Assembly: GCA_049322215.1 (NCBI GenBank)
Contig: JBMORU010000001.1
Coordinates: forward strand, 772,023 to 836,022
Direction of reading: 5' to 3'
DNA length: 64,000 nt
From: Patescibacteria group bacterium
Lineage (GTDB): Bacteria; Patescibacteriota; WWE3; UBA101185; UBA10185
How positions within the stretch are numbered: position 1 is the stretch's first letter; each line of letters begins with the position of its first letter. This document shows, in pieces, positions 30,224 through 40,291 of the stretch. Under the pieces are notes generated by a model. That model was not told where the DNA came from. It made no database searches and saw only the letters and a program-made list of their open reading frames with translations. The position numbers were made by a program, and so were the translations under genes.

Positions 30224-32261
30224 TTTTATAAAAAAAGAAGAAGAAATACACTTAAATAATACAATAAACGAATTAATTGATGGGAAACGTGCCTTGGATC
30301 AGTCTCTTAAAGAAATGGGTGCCGGGAATTTAAGTAAGCTTGAAAAAATGAGAAAAGATGTTGATACAGATCCTCATGATTTGCTTATTTTTATGGAACA
30401 AATGCATCATCAAAACGTAGCATTTAATTTTAAAGATAAATTTGCTCGACTAGAAGAATTAGAATCTTTATTGAAAGAACCTTACTTTGCAAGAATTGAT
30501 TTACAAAATACGTCAGAAAAAACAAAAAAAGTTTATATTGGTAAATTTGGCTACAATGACGGACAAAACAGCATAGTAACAGATTGGCGAGCTAAAATAG
30601 CTTCTGTTTTTTACAGATACAGATATCCTCAAAAAAACGTTGAATATAATACTCCAGACGGAACTGTTGTAGAAAACTTAAAACTTAAGCGTACCTTTGA
30701 AATAGACGAAGGTAAGCTTATAAAATACTATAACAATGATTTGCAGCTCGACGAAAACGAAATAATTCAAAAAAAGATAGAAGAACGATCTGGGGGAGTT
30801 TTAGAAGATATTATAGAAACAATTCAAGAATCGCAGCTCGACATTATAGAGGCTGATCCACGTCAAATTTGCATAGTTCAGGGGTGTGTAGGCAGCGGAA
30901 AAAGCACTGTAGCTATTCACAAGCTTTCTCACATATTTTTTAATTACCCCGAACTTATTCATGCAGAAAGATCTATTTTAATTGCTAAAAACCAAATACT
31001 TGTAGGCTATTTATCTACATTATTTCCCAAACTTGGAATTTTTAACTTAGGTTACGGTACCGTTAGAGATTTACTTGTACGATTGTTATTTCAAGAAGAA
31101 CTTCCTATAAACGTTGATTTAGGAGTTAATTTAGACACCTCTGACTTTTCTTTAGCACGTGTTAAGGCTCTTGATAGCGTTTTGCATGAAGTTCACTCAG
31201 AATTTGAGCAAAAAATAGACGAGTTGTTTAGTAAAGAAGAATATGTAAGTTTTGGCGGTTTTGTATACGATTCATCAGTTTCAGTTTACGAAAACTTAAC
31301 AGAGTTAATAGACGAATTAGAGGAAGAAGCAACCTACCAGCAAGAATCTGCCGAAACTACTACAAATCCTTCAAGAAGGCTACTTTTTAAAGCAAATGCC
31401 ATAAGTATAAAAAAAATATTAAGACAACTGCGTAAACTTAGAACATCTGTTAAAACTACTTACCTACCTAGTTATGTTAAAAAATTAATTGGCCAAAATA
31501 TAAATGAGTACGGCTATTTAGAAACTATTTTATATGTGCTAATTGTTAAGCAATTACTTGGATTTTCAAAGTTTAGAAAATTTGAGTACTGTGTTATAGA
31601 TGAAGGTCAGGATTTTAGTCCTTTAGAATACTGTCTTTTAGGCAAATTAGTTATTAACGGAAGATTTTGTATTTTAGGTGATTTGAACCAATCTTACACA
31701 AAAGACGGTTTAACAAATTGGGAAGTTATTGCAGAAGTAATTGATGCTGCTAAAAGTGCCGCTACTTTTGAATTAGACACTAACTATAGAAGCACAAAAC
31801 CTATAATTGATTTGGCAAACAGTGTTATAGGATCATATACTGATCAGTATTTACCAAAGTCTATCGACAGAGCCGGAGAGCCTCCAAAAATATTAACTAC
31901 AACAAACACTAATGAACTTTTATCTACATTTAAAACTAGCCTTGAAGAAGACATAAAAGATTTAAATAAGAGTATAGGTGTTATTTGTATGACTTCAAAC
32001 CTTATGCATGACGCAGAAAATATAATAAACTCACTAAATCTTCCTGAAGGAAAGTTTATAAAACTTGATAGCTCTAAAAGGGTCCACTACATTCCTCAGG
32101 GTGTTTACTTAACTGATTTTTCTAATTGCAAGGGCTTAGAGTTTGCTAAGGTTTACGTTTTAGGGTTATCGCTTGAGGATGATGTTAAATCTTTTGTTGA
32201 TGCAAAACGCGCTTTTGTTGCAATTACGCGTGCAATGAATGAATTAACTTTGTTGTGCTAA
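30216..32261 (+). CDS. UvrD/HelD-like superfamily-1 DNA helicase
   Basis: VQGCVGSGKSTVAIH (Walker A), CVIDEGQDFSPLEY (motif II), C-terminal helicase motifs; 8-nt overlap with rsmI. Confidence 0.65.
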   Translation: MLDFIKKEEEIHLNNTINELIDGKRALDQSLKEMGAGNLSKLEKMRKDVDTDPHDLLIFMEQMHHQNVAFNFKDKFARLEELESLLKEPYFARIDLQNTSEKTKKVYIGKFGYNDGQNSIVTDWRAKIASVFYRYRYPQKNVEYNTPDGTVVENLKLKRTFEIDEGKLIKYYNNDLQLDENEIIQKKIEERSGGVLEDIIETIQESQLDIIEADPRQICIVQGCVGSGKSTVAIHKLSHIFFNYPELIHAERSILIAKNQILVGYLSTLFPKLGIFNLGYGTVRDLLVRLLFQEELPINVDLGVNLDTSDFSLARVKALDSVLHEVHSEFEQKIDELFSKEEYVSFGGFVYDSSVSVYENLTELIDELEEEATYQQESAETTTNPSRRLLFKANAISIKKILRQLRKLRTSVKTTYLPSYVKKLIGQNINEYGYLETILYVLIVKQLLGFSKFRKFEYCVIDEGQDFSPLEYCLLGKLVINGRFCILGDLNQSYTKDGLTNWEVIAEVIDAAKSAATFELDTNYRSTKPIIDLANSVIGSYTDQYLPKSIDRAGEPPKILTTTNTNELLSTFKTSLEEDIKDLNKSIGVICMTSNLMHDAENIINSLNLPEGKFIKLDSSKRVHYIPQGVYLTDFSNCKGLEFAKVYVLGLSLEDDVKSFVDAKRAFVAITRAMNELTLLC

Positions 32262-32311
32262 AGCAAACAGCACTTATCTGCAGAATACTGTAGAATCAAC
32301 ACTAACAGGTA

Positions 32312-33913
32312 TTGCCTACCAAAATTTCCTGCTATACTTTTTTTATGTTACGAAAATGGAACATATTTGCATACATATCGTTGGCCGTTGTAGCTACCTG
32401 GCTTAGGTTAATGAATTTAGGCTATTCTGATTATCAAGGTGATGAAATAAAAGCTTTGTTTTTAATAGATCCCAATGAGTCTGTATCTGAATTTTTGCTT
32501 TCTCAAAGAAAAGGTCCTATTCAATTTTTAATTACATTTTTACTAAAGTTTTTAGACCCAGAATACATGAATAGGTTTTTAATTAGACTTCCTTTTGCTT
32601 TTGCAGGTATTTTTGCTGTCTACTTTTTTTATAAGTTTTTACAACTTCATTTCAACAAAAAAGTATCATTTTATGCCACCTTCTTTTTTGCTACAAATGG
32701 GTTTTTAATTGCTTTTGCACGTATAGTTCAATATCAATCTTTTGTAATACTTTTTATGGTACTTGCGCTTTATACATTTAGTTTGGCTGCAAAAAAAGAA
32801 AATTGGAGTAAGAAAGGTATTTACTTAGGCTTTATTTTTTGGGCGTTATCTATTTTGTCACATTATGATGGTGTATTCATTTTTCCTTTTGTTGTATACA
32901 TTCTTGTTGAGTGGGGAAAAAAGTATGTATTTGATGTAGATGAAAAGTTTGAGCATTTAAAACATTTATTCCTTTCCCTTTTTATTAGTGGTGTACTTAT
33001 GGCTCTATTTTATATTCCATTTATTTTTGCAATTACCGATGCAACTGCAAGTTATTGGCAGGGGAGAATAGTAGGTACAGGGGGCAAAATTGCAAGTTCC
33101 ATAGTTTTGTTTAGGGTATATCAACCTATATATGTTTTTCATATTTATACTTTACTTTCAGTATTTGGTTTAGGTGTTTTGATAAAAGATTATTTAAACC
33201 TAAAAGAGTATAAATCTATAGCGCTGATTACCTGGGCTTTGTTGCCTTTTTTGTTTCTTGAAGTTTTTGTAAGTATTCCGGGAACACATATATATACATA
33301 TTTAATTCCTTTAATGGTACTAATGGGAATAGGTGTAAAGGGCATAGAACGTTTTATGTACTATGTTTCTGGACGACTTGCTCCTATTGCGAAACCTATT
33401 GTGCGCTATATTAATATTGCAGGAATTTTAGTTATTTTTACTTTTATATTTTTACAGGTAAATGCCATATTTGTTGACCATACAGCAGAGTATCCCTGGG
33501 AGCCTGAAAAGTTTTTACTTTGGGAGTTTCACCAACCATCTCCAGCTTTTCATTTAAGTATGTTTGGGTTTCCATATTACAGGCATTGGGATGAAATTGG
33601 CCAATATGTTACCTCTACCGAAAACAATGGCTATTACTCAACTAATGAGCGGAGTTCTATTTCTAGATATCATATTCCATTTAACAAAGATACTGATAGT
33701 GCTGGGCACTTTGTTCACATAATTAACCCGCAAAGCTTCACGCCGAATCCTACACAGGAAAAGGCACAATATTGGGAAGAAAATTACGACCCTGTTAAGG
33801 TTTTTTATAGTGAAGATCCTAATACTCCAGGTAGATTAAGAGAAATTGTGAAGATATATTATATGAAGGTAGGTTCTTTAGATGATTTATTGAAGCAAAA
33901 CCAAATAGAGTAG
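32312..33913 (+). CDS. polytopic membrane protein, GT-C/GT39-like glycosyltransferase candidate
   Basis: WLRLMNLGYSDYQGDEIKALF N-terminal loop similar to 23109-24602; multiple TMs. Confidence 0.45.
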   Translation: MPTKISCYTFFMLRKWNIFAYISLAVVATWLRLMNLGYSDYQGDEIKALFLIDPNESVSEFLLSQRKGPIQFLITFLLKFLDPEYMNRFLIRLPFAFAGIFAVYFFYKFLQLHFNKKVSFYATFFFATNGFLIAFARIVQYQSFVILFMVLALYTFSLAAKKENWSKKGIYLGFIFWALSILSHYDGVFIFPFVVYILVEWGKKYVFDVDEKFEHLKHLFLSLFISGVLMALFYIPFIFAITDATASYWQGRIVGTGGKIASSIVLFRVYQPIYVFHIYTLLSVFGLGVLIKDYLNLKEYKSIALITWALLPFLFLEVFVSIPGTHIYTYLIPLMVLMGIGVKGIERFMYYVSGRLAPIAKPIVRYINIAGILVIFTFIFLQVNAIFVDHTAEYPWEPEKFLLWEFHQPSPAFHLSMFGFPYYRHWDEIGQYVTSTENNGYYSTNERSSISRYHIPFNKDTDSAGHFVHIINPQSFTPNPTQEKAQYWEENYDPVKVFYSEDPNTPGRLREIVKIYYMKVGSLDDLLKQNQIE

Positions 33914-33917
33914 TTTT

Positions 33918-34301
33918 TTATAGTAAGGCCATTATTTTAGGTGCAAAAATTAAAAGAGAAATTGCTAGTGTAGTAAAAGCTGCAGTTAAAACAAATCCTG
34001 CTGAAACGTCTTTTATAATTCTTGCCCCTTCGTGATATTCTTTAATTAAGTGATCAATTAACTCTTCTACCACAGTGTTTACCATTTCTGCCGATAATAA
34101 AAACCCCAGTGAAAGTATTAGGAGTCCCCATTCTATTGGTGATATTTGTAAAGAAAATCCAATTACAACTACTAAAACCGAATATGCAACTTGAATTCTA
34201 AAGTTTGCTTCGTTTAAAAGAGCATGAAACAAGCCTTGAAAAGCATGTTTAAAACTTTTTGCGTGTCGAGCAGGATGATGACTGTTAAAAATCCTCAACA
34301 T
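33918..34301 (-). CDS. dgkA: diacylglycerol/undecaprenol kinase
   Basis: 127 aa, 3 TM, FKHAFQGL...NFRIQ motif typical of prokaryotic DgkA. Confidence 0.7.
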   Translation of the reverse strand: MLRIFNSHHPARHAKSFKHAFQGLFHALLNEANFRIQVAYSVLVVVIGFSLQISPIEWGLLILSLGFLLSAEMVNTVVEELIDHLIKEYHEGARIIKDVSAGFVLTAAFTTLAISLLIFAPKIMALL

Positions 34302-34345
34302 ATCTTTGATAATACCTTTTTTGAAATGTATAATCTACCGGTAAT

Positions 34346-35395
34346 ATGCGCAAAAGAAAAAAACTAATTATAATTATAATAATTATTGTTCTCGGGGTTG
34401 GTGGGTTTTTTTATTCAAAAAGAAATTCCGGGAATGCCGTAAATGTACGTGAAGCTGAGGTTTATACCGATGAAGTAACAAAAACAGTATCTGCTAGTGG
34501 TGTTATTAAATCAATTAATCAGGCTAATTTGGCTACTATAACTCCAGGAACGTTAGAAAAATTAAATGTAAAAGAAACGGAAGAGGTAAAAAAAGGTCAA
34601 ATTTTAGGAAATGTCTCTAATTACGATTTGTATAAAGGGTCGGAAGCAAAAAAGCAGGCTCGAGATATTGCATTAATTGATAGAGATTTGTATGTAGAAA
34701 ACTACAGCACAAATTTAAGTGCTATTGGCGGTGAAGATGAGTATAACATTGGGTTGCGACGCCATAACGAGCTTGTTGCACAGGCAGAAGATGCTTACCA
34801 AGCATCTTTAGGTTCGTTGACTGATTCGTACTTAATTGCGCCTTTTGATGGAACTGTAGTAGACGTTTTAATTGATCAAGGCGAACTTGTAACAGCAGGC
34901 GCAAGTGTTTTAACTGTAGCTGATTTAAACCAAATAGTTTTTGAGGCTTCAATAGACCAAGAAGACTTTGGCTTAGTTAAACTAAATCAGGAAGTAGAAG
35001 TTCAACTTGATTCTTTCTCTAACAAAACTTTTACTGGAACTGTTTACAAGCTGCCTTTAGTTGTAGATTCTGCATCTAATGAGCTTACTGTTTTAATAAA
35101 AATCAACGATGTCTCAGATAACCCCGTTTTAATTGGCATGGAAGGCGATGCAGATATAGTTATAGAAAAAAACACCGTTGGTGGAACTGCACTTACTTTT
35201 GATGCAGTATTTGGTGAAGATAGCACACACTACGTATGGTTAAACGAAGAAGGAAAACTTGTGAAACAACCCGTAGAAATTGGACTAGAAGGTGATTTAT
35301 ATACAATTATTTTATCAGATATTGATTTTGATAAGGTTGTAGTTCCATTAGATGATGAATTTGAAGAGGGTGCTTCGGTTAAGTTAGAGGAGTAA
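34346..35395 (+). CDS. efflux/ABC periplasmic adaptor (MacA/HlyD family)
   Basis: N-terminal TM, lipoyl-hairpin motifs, first gene of the MFP-ATPase-permease operon. Confidence 0.6.
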   Translation: MRKRKKLIIIIIIIVLGVGGFFYSKRNSGNAVNVREAEVYTDEVTKTVSASGVIKSINQANLATITPGTLEKLNVKETEEVKKGQILGNVSNYDLYKGSEAKKQARDIALIDRDLYVENYSTNLSAIGGEDEYNIGLRRHNELVAQAEDAYQASLGSLTDSYLIAPFDGTVVDVLIDQGELVTAGASVLTVADLNQIVFEASIDQEDFGLVKLNQEVEVQLDSFSNKTFTGTVYKLPLVVDSASNELTVLIKINDVSDNPVLIGMEGDADIVIEKNTVGGTALTFDAVFGEDSTHYVWLNEEGKLVKQPVEIGLEGDLYTIILSDIDFDKVVVPLDDEFEEGASVKLEE

Positions 35396-35399
35396 CCTC

Positions 35400-36077
35400 A
35401 TGTCTTCTGAAAAAGTTTTAGTTGCAGAAAATTTAGTAAAAACATACACACTTGGCAATACCACTATAAATGCAGTAAATGATGTTTCCCTTTATATAAA
35501 CAGAGGCGAGTTTGTATCTATATTAGGGAAATCAGGGTCAGGTAAATCAACCTTAATGCATATTTTAGGTCTTTTAGATACGCCAACATCTGGAAAAATA
35601 TACTTAAACGGCAAAGACACAACAGATTTAAGCGAAAATCAACTAGCACAAATTAGAAATCAGGAAATAGGCTTTGTATTTCAGTCATTTAACTTACTAG
35701 CACGTACATCTGCTTTAGATAACGTTATTTTACCCTTAAAATATAGTAAAGTTCCAAAAAATGAATGGGAATCACGTGCTCGAGAAATGCTTGAACTCGT
35801 TCAACTTGGAGATCGCTTAAATAATAAGTCGAATGAGCTATCTGGTGGTCAGAAACAACGTGTAGCTATTGCACGTGCGTTAGTCACTAGACCTGCAGTT
35901 ATTTTTGCAGATGAGCCTACCGGAAATTTAGATTCAAAAACCGGAGACGAAATAACAGCTCTATTTAAAAACTTAAATGAACAAGGAAGAACAATAGTAC
36001 TGGTAACTCATGATGATGACCTTGCAAAAATTACTGAAAGAAAAATAGTACTTAAAGACGGCAAAGTTGTGTCATGA
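35400..36077 (+). CDS. ABC transporter ATP-binding protein (MacB/LolD-type)
   Basis: GKSGSGKSTLMHILG Walker A, LSGGQKQRVAIARAL signature, IFADEPTGNLD Walker B. Confidence 0.85.
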   Translation: MSSEKVLVAENLVKTYTLGNTTINAVNDVSLYINRGEFVSILGKSGSGKSTLMHILGLLDTPTSGKIYLNGKDTTDLSENQLAQIRNQEIGFVFQSFNLLARTSALDNVILPLKYSKVPKNEWESRAREMLELVQLGDRLNNKSNELSGGQKQRVAIARALVTRPAVIFADEPTGNLDSKTGDEITALFKNLNEQGRTIVLVTHDDDLAKITERKIVLKDGKVVS

Positions 36078-37255
36078 ACATAAACGAATTATTTCACTCA
36101 GCTATAAAATCTTTAAGCTCTAATAAAGCACGTTCTATTTTAACCATGCTTGGCGTAATAATTGGCGTGTTTTCAGTTGTTACACTTGTTTCTTTAGGAC
36201 GCGGAATTCAAAACTATATAACAGACGAATTTGATCAAATTGGAACTAATTTACTATTTATATCTCCAGGGGAATCTGACATTGGAGATGATCCCGGGAA
36301 AGCATTTACTGCAAACAAGTTAAACCAAAAGCACATAGACTTAATAAATACATATGCGCGCGAATATGTTACTGCAGTTACTCCATTTTTACTTGTTGGA
36401 GAAAATGTTTCATATAAAAACAAAACTTACGCAGGAGAACTAATTGGAATTAATGCCGATTCTTTAGATATATTCAATTACCAAATACATGACGGTAGAA
36501 ACTTCACTCAGTCAGAAGAGTCTTCTAAGGCTAAAGTTGCAATAATTGGGCCATTAATTATTAATGAGCTATTTGGAGCTAAACCTGCGGTAGGTGAAAG
36601 AATTAAAATGGGAGATGAATCTTATTTAGTTATAGGAACTTTTAAAGAAAAAGGGGCAAACTATGATGATCAAATTATTATTCCATATACTTCATTGTTA
36701 GAATCGTTTGATATAGAAAATTACTCAAGCATAATTGCTAAAATAAAAAACCCTGACGAAATAAATTTGGCAACAAGGCAAATTGAAATTGCATTACTTC
36801 GTGACCTAAAAGAAGATGAGTTTACAGTACTTTCACAAAAAGATTTGCTTGAATCGATTCAAGAAATATTAGGTATGCTAACTTTAGGCTTAGGGGCAAT
36901 TGCAGGAATTTCACTTATAGTTGGCGGAATAGGAATTATGAATATTATGTTGGTTTCTGTAACTGAGCGTATTCGTGAAATTGGACTACGAAAGGCTGTA
37001 GGCGCAACGTCAGGGGCAATAGGAATTCAATTTATGTTAGAAGCAGTTTTAATTAGTGTTTTTGGGGGGGCAGTTGGCCTTGGTTTGGGCTATTTAGCTA
37101 CATTGGTAGCACAACAATTTATTAGGGCTGAAATACCGCTGTCTGCAGTTTTCTTGGCTTTTGGCTTCTCATTACTTGTGGGTGTTTTATTTGGTACTTA
37201 TCCGGCTGTAAGTGCAAGTAAAAAAGATCCAATTGAGGCTTTAAGGTACGAGTAG
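36074..37255 (+). CDS. ABC transporter permease, MacB/FtsX family
   Basis: 4-nt overlap with ATPase; same architecture as 10962-12143. Confidence 0.8.
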   Translation: MNINELFHSAIKSLSSNKARSILTMLGVIIGVFSVVTLVSLGRGIQNYITDEFDQIGTNLLFISPGESDIGDDPGKAFTANKLNQKHIDLINTYAREYVTAVTPFLLVGENVSYKNKTYAGELIGINADSLDIFNYQIHDGRNFTQSEESSKAKVAIIGPLIINELFGAKPAVGERIKMGDESYLVIGTFKEKGANYDDQIIIPYTSLLESFDIENYSSIIAKIKNPDEINLATRQIEIALLRDLKEDEFTVLSQKDLLESIQEILGMLTLGLGAIAGISLIVGGIGIMNIMLVSVTERIREIGLRKAVGATSGAIGIQFMLEAVLISVFGGAVGLGLGYLATLVAQQFIRAEIPLSAVFLAFGFSLLVGVLFGTYPAVSASKKDPIEALRYE

Positions 37256-37711
37256 CTATTCTTCAGTATCTTTTTCTAAAACTACTTTAACATTTAATTC
37301 GTCTGTGCCTTCTTGTGGAATTAAGTTGAGTTGAGAAATGTTTGCTTGTTCTTTTTTATTTTCTATATAGAGTGACCAAACGTATCCTTCTGCAGGGACT
37401 TCGCCGTTTATGCTTTGAAGTTCAGTTCCATAGGTGTAGTGTGTTGTTTCAAAAGAAAAACCCTCTTCTTTATTCAAGTATTCAAACAAATCTTCAATGC
37501 TATCTTTAGTTTCTAGCCTAACTCTGTAACTTTTAACGCTTTTTCCATTATCTACTTCTAAAAATGCAACCACGGGTTTAACTTCTTCTACAAGTTCTGT
37601 TTGTTCCTCTACAACATCTATTGTTGCCCCTTGTTTTAATGCAGACGTAATAAAAAAATAGCCAAAGCTAAGTATAAGTAATGTTACTAATAATAATTTT
37701 TTGTCGCTCAT
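37256..37711 (-). CDS. secreted hypothetical protein (151 aa)
   Basis: signal anchor then acidic domain; no motif. Confidence 0.35.
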   Translation of the reverse strand: MSDKKLLLVTLLILSFGYFFITSALKQGATIDVVEEQTELVEEVKPVVAFLEVDNGKSVKSYRVRLETKDSIEDLFEYLNKEEGFSFETTHYTYGTELQSINGEVPAEGYVWSLYIENKKEQANISQLNLIPQEGTDELNVKVVLEKDTEE

Positions 37712-37760
37712 ACTAAATTAGTTTAGCACATAAGCATGTAGTATAATTACATGAAATTAT

Positions 37761-37837
37761 GCCTCCATAGCTCAGTGGATCAGAGCGCTCGGCTTCGGAC
37801 CGAGAGGACGGGGGTTCGAATCCCTCTGGGGGCTCCA
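37761..37837 (+). tRNA. tRNA-Arg (anticodon UCG)
   Basis: cloverleaf folded by hand: acceptor GCCTCCA/TGGGGGC, anticodon loop CUUCGGA, T-loop GGTTCGAATCC, encoded CCA. Confidence 0.85.
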
Positions 37838-37893
37838 GTAAAAAATAAGGGCGTTCCCAAGTAAAATTAAATACTTAAGAACACCCAGTTAGG

Positions 37894-38304
37894 TTAAGCT
37901 GGTTCAATTAAAGTAGCAAAAGGTAGTTCAATTGGTTGAGCATTTTTACCTTTTGGTATTACTGTTGCCAGTGTACCGTTTTCCCCAGATTTAACTGCAC
38001 GAATTGTTACAGTAAAGGTATTAGGTTGTAACCCTCTTCCCGGAATAAACTTTCGATACACAATTTTTACTCTTCTTCCAACCACTAAGGCTTTTTTGGC
38101 ACTTTGTGGGCAAAAAAGAATGTTTATTGCTCCACTTGTCACCTTCGCAATAAAATCACCGCACTGTTGAGGTGACCCACGAAAAAGAGGTATTTGCTTG
38201 CGATTAGTAGGGGCAAAGGAAAGTACCGTTTTTAGCTTCCACTTACCTTTGGCTGCTTCTTCTGGACTCTCACTTAATAGAATTACCTTGTGTGTAAAAC
38301 CCAT
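37894..38304 (-). CDS. hypothetical protein (136 aa)
   Basis: strong RBS aaggagacaaacaATG on the minus strand. Confidence 0.4.
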   Translation of the reverse strand: MGFTHKVILLSESPEEAAKGKWKLKTVLSFAPTNRKQIPLFRGSPQQCGDFIAKVTSGAINILFCPQSAKKALVVGRRVKIVYRKFIPGRGLQPNTFTVTIRAVKSGENGTLATVIPKGKNAQPIELPFATLIEPA

Positions 38305-38395
38305 TGTTTGTCTCCTTACTTCAATGTTTTTGGATCGTAATTATACCTATAGTGTTGGTAAAAATAAAGTAACCAAAAGTGTTACACTATTAAGT

Positions 38396-38785
38396 ATGGA
38401 AATGAGTGAACTAGTAAGTAAATTAAAAAATTTTAATACAGAACGAAATTGGGATGCTGACTTGCAGCCTCAAGACGTTGCTAAATCAATAATTATAGAG
38501 GCAGCCGAACTTTTAGAGCACTTTCAGTGGACTGCAACACGAAAAGAAAGAAATCAAGTAGAAATGCTTGAAATTAATAAAACCGAAATTGGTGAAGAAA
38601 TAGCTGATGTTTTTATTTACCTTGCTCGTTTGGCGTACATTTTGAATATAAATATTGAGGAAGCTGTTTTAGATAAAATTGTTAAAAACGCAAAAAAGTA
38701 CCCTGTTGAGGTTTTTAAAAGTAACAAAACTGGGATTGCTAAAAAAATTCATGAAGAACATCGAAAAACAAGGAAGAATAAATAA
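38396..38785 (+). CDS. MazG-like nucleoside triphosphate pyrophosphohydrolase
   Basis: EAAELLEHFQW ... EIGEEIADVFIYLARLA (EExxE...D motifs of MazG/dCTPase); start moved to the ATG at 38396 to avoid overlapping the minus-strand gene. Confidence 0.6.
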   Translation: MEMSELVSKLKNFNTERNWDADLQPQDVAKSIIIEAAELLEHFQWTATRKERNQVEMLEINKTEIGEEIADVFIYLARLAYILNINIEEAVLDKIVKNAKKYPVEVFKSNKTGIAKKIHEEHRKTRKNK

Positions 38786-38825
38786 TTTTATGCTAAAATC
38801 CTTATGCCTTTAACCTTTTTTATGT

Positions 38826-38900
38826 GGGGACGTAGCTCAGTGGTAGAGCACTCGGCTCTTAACCGATTTGTCGTGGGTTCGAATCCCACCGTCCTCACCA
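38826..38900 (+). tRNA. tRNA-Lys (anticodon CUU)
   Basis: acceptor GGGGACG/CGTCCTC, anticodon loop CUCUUAA, T-loop GGTTCGAATCC, encoded CCA. Confidence 0.85.
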
Positions 38901-38996
38901 TCTAAACTTATGTTAGTCCCATAGTTTACAGCACACGAACTTAACATTATAATGCTACATACCTGAAAAACACGTTTTATATAAAAGGAGATAGTA

Positions 38997-39275
38997 ATGT
39001 TATTTCAAGTACCAAATGCTGTTGAGTTACAAGAACCGCTTAAAAAGGTTTTTCCTGTCGGTAACGGCTATCTAAGCTTAGCTTACACTTTAGGTAAGCA
39101 AGCTGGTCAAGAATTGGAACCTGAAGGAGTGCTTCGATGGCTTCTTTTAGGCATAGAGACAGAAGGCATGGGTTTTGGTTTACGATTTACTATACCCAAA
39201 ATCATAAAATATCTGATTTCCAATGAAGAGATGTACGTTGCGGTATTGACCTTATTTAACCAACAAACAAAGTAA
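38997..39275 (+). CDS. hypothetical protein (92 aa)
   Basis: RBS aaaaggagatagtaATG. Confidence 0.35.
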   Translation: MLFQVPNAVELQEPLKKVFPVGNGYLSLAYTLGKQAGQELEPEGVLRWLLLGIETEGMGFGLRFTIPKIIKYLISNEEMYVAVLTLFNQQTK

Positions 39276-39416
39276 TATTCAAAAAGCATAAAAAAAGCAC
39301 CTTAAGGTTTTTTGTGAGTCTTAAGGTGCTTAATACTACCGGCTTTACATCTTTACAAAACTATAGGTCATAGGTTATAATTTTAAAAATCCAATATCAC
39401 AAATAAGGAGTGTGAA

Positions 39417-39818
39417 ATGACCACAAAAAAAGGCCCATTTTACGATGATTATATGCTTAAAGCTGCACACGAATCGGCAACCGGCAATAACTCGTTTTTC
39501 GGCATGCTAGGTAGTATCGGTTTTGCCGGAATGCTTATTGTTTCAGTGCGCAGTATTGGTAGCGAATTGGAAGACATGCTCCCGCACCCAGATAGCATTT
39601 CTGCAGCACAGCTTGTAGACTACTTGCTATTTGAGGGGTTGGAAAATGGCTTTGGGAACGAGCGCTTTGCTGCCTGGTTAGCACATTCAAAGGAGTGTGA
39701 AGCCTGCGAAGTAATGCGCAAAGCTTACGAACGGCATGTTCCAAAACATTATCGCCCCAGCCCGTACATGAATTTCATGGACGCAGTGGACGATATTCGA
39801 GATTACCTCGACGAATAG
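39417..39818 (+). CDS. small HxxxCxxC (ZAS/zf-HC2-like) protein, paralog A of a 7-member family
   Basis: LVDYLLFEGLENG...WLAHSKECEAC; RBS aaataaggag; hairpin terminator 39825-39872. Confidence 0.5.
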   Translation: MTTKKGPFYDDYMLKAAHESATGNNSFFGMLGSIGFAGMLIVSVRSIGSELEDMLPHPDSISAAQLVDYLLFEGLENGFGNERFAAWLAHSKECEACEVMRKAYERHVPKHYRPSPYMNFMDAVDDIRDYLDE

Positions 39819-39824
39819 CACTTA

Positions 39825-39872
39825 GGGTATTTACTGTAGATCAAAAAATCCGCAGTAAATACCCCTTTTTTT
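39825..39872 (+). terminator. intrinsic terminator after paralog A (GGGTATTTACTG ... CAGTAAATACCC + T7); stem begins with the same GGTATTT as the repeat terminators
   Basis: 12-bp perfect stem + T-run. Confidence 0.65.
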
Positions 39873-40197
39873 ATTTTGCTATCATTAGCGAAACATCTTT
39901 CATTCTTTCAAGAAGTATCACTTCAAGTTTAAAGTCATTTGGTTGCTGGTGATTAGGGTAAACTCGTAGAAAAATTATCTGATATGTTCCAAGATCCAGT
40001 TGCTCAAGTCTTTCAATTTCTTGCTGTAATATTGCTGAAACCACAGGAAGCATTTCAATACCTGATTTTTTACCGCAAGTATGTATTGAAAGCCAATCGG
40101 CTAAACGCGCCTGCATTTTAAGCTTTTTTCTTTTTAAATCTCCAATACCAAATGCCATATACCATGTGACATTATTTTTTAGTATGTCTTCTCTCAT
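39871..40197 (-). CDS. hypothetical protein (108 aa)
   Basis: minus-strand RBS aaggagaaacaaATG. Confidence 0.4.
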   Translation of the reverse strand: MREDILKNNVTWYMAFGIGDLKRKKLKMQARLADWLSIHTCGKKSGIEMLPVVSAILQQEIERLEQLDLGTYQIIFLRVYPNHQQPNDFKLEVILLERMKDVSLMIAK

Positions 40198-40291
40198 GTT
40201 GTTTCTCCTTATTTTATTTGAATTGGGACACCATTTTAATACAAAAATGCTTTTTTTTCTTTCCTAAACCTAATAAATTTGAAATAATAAA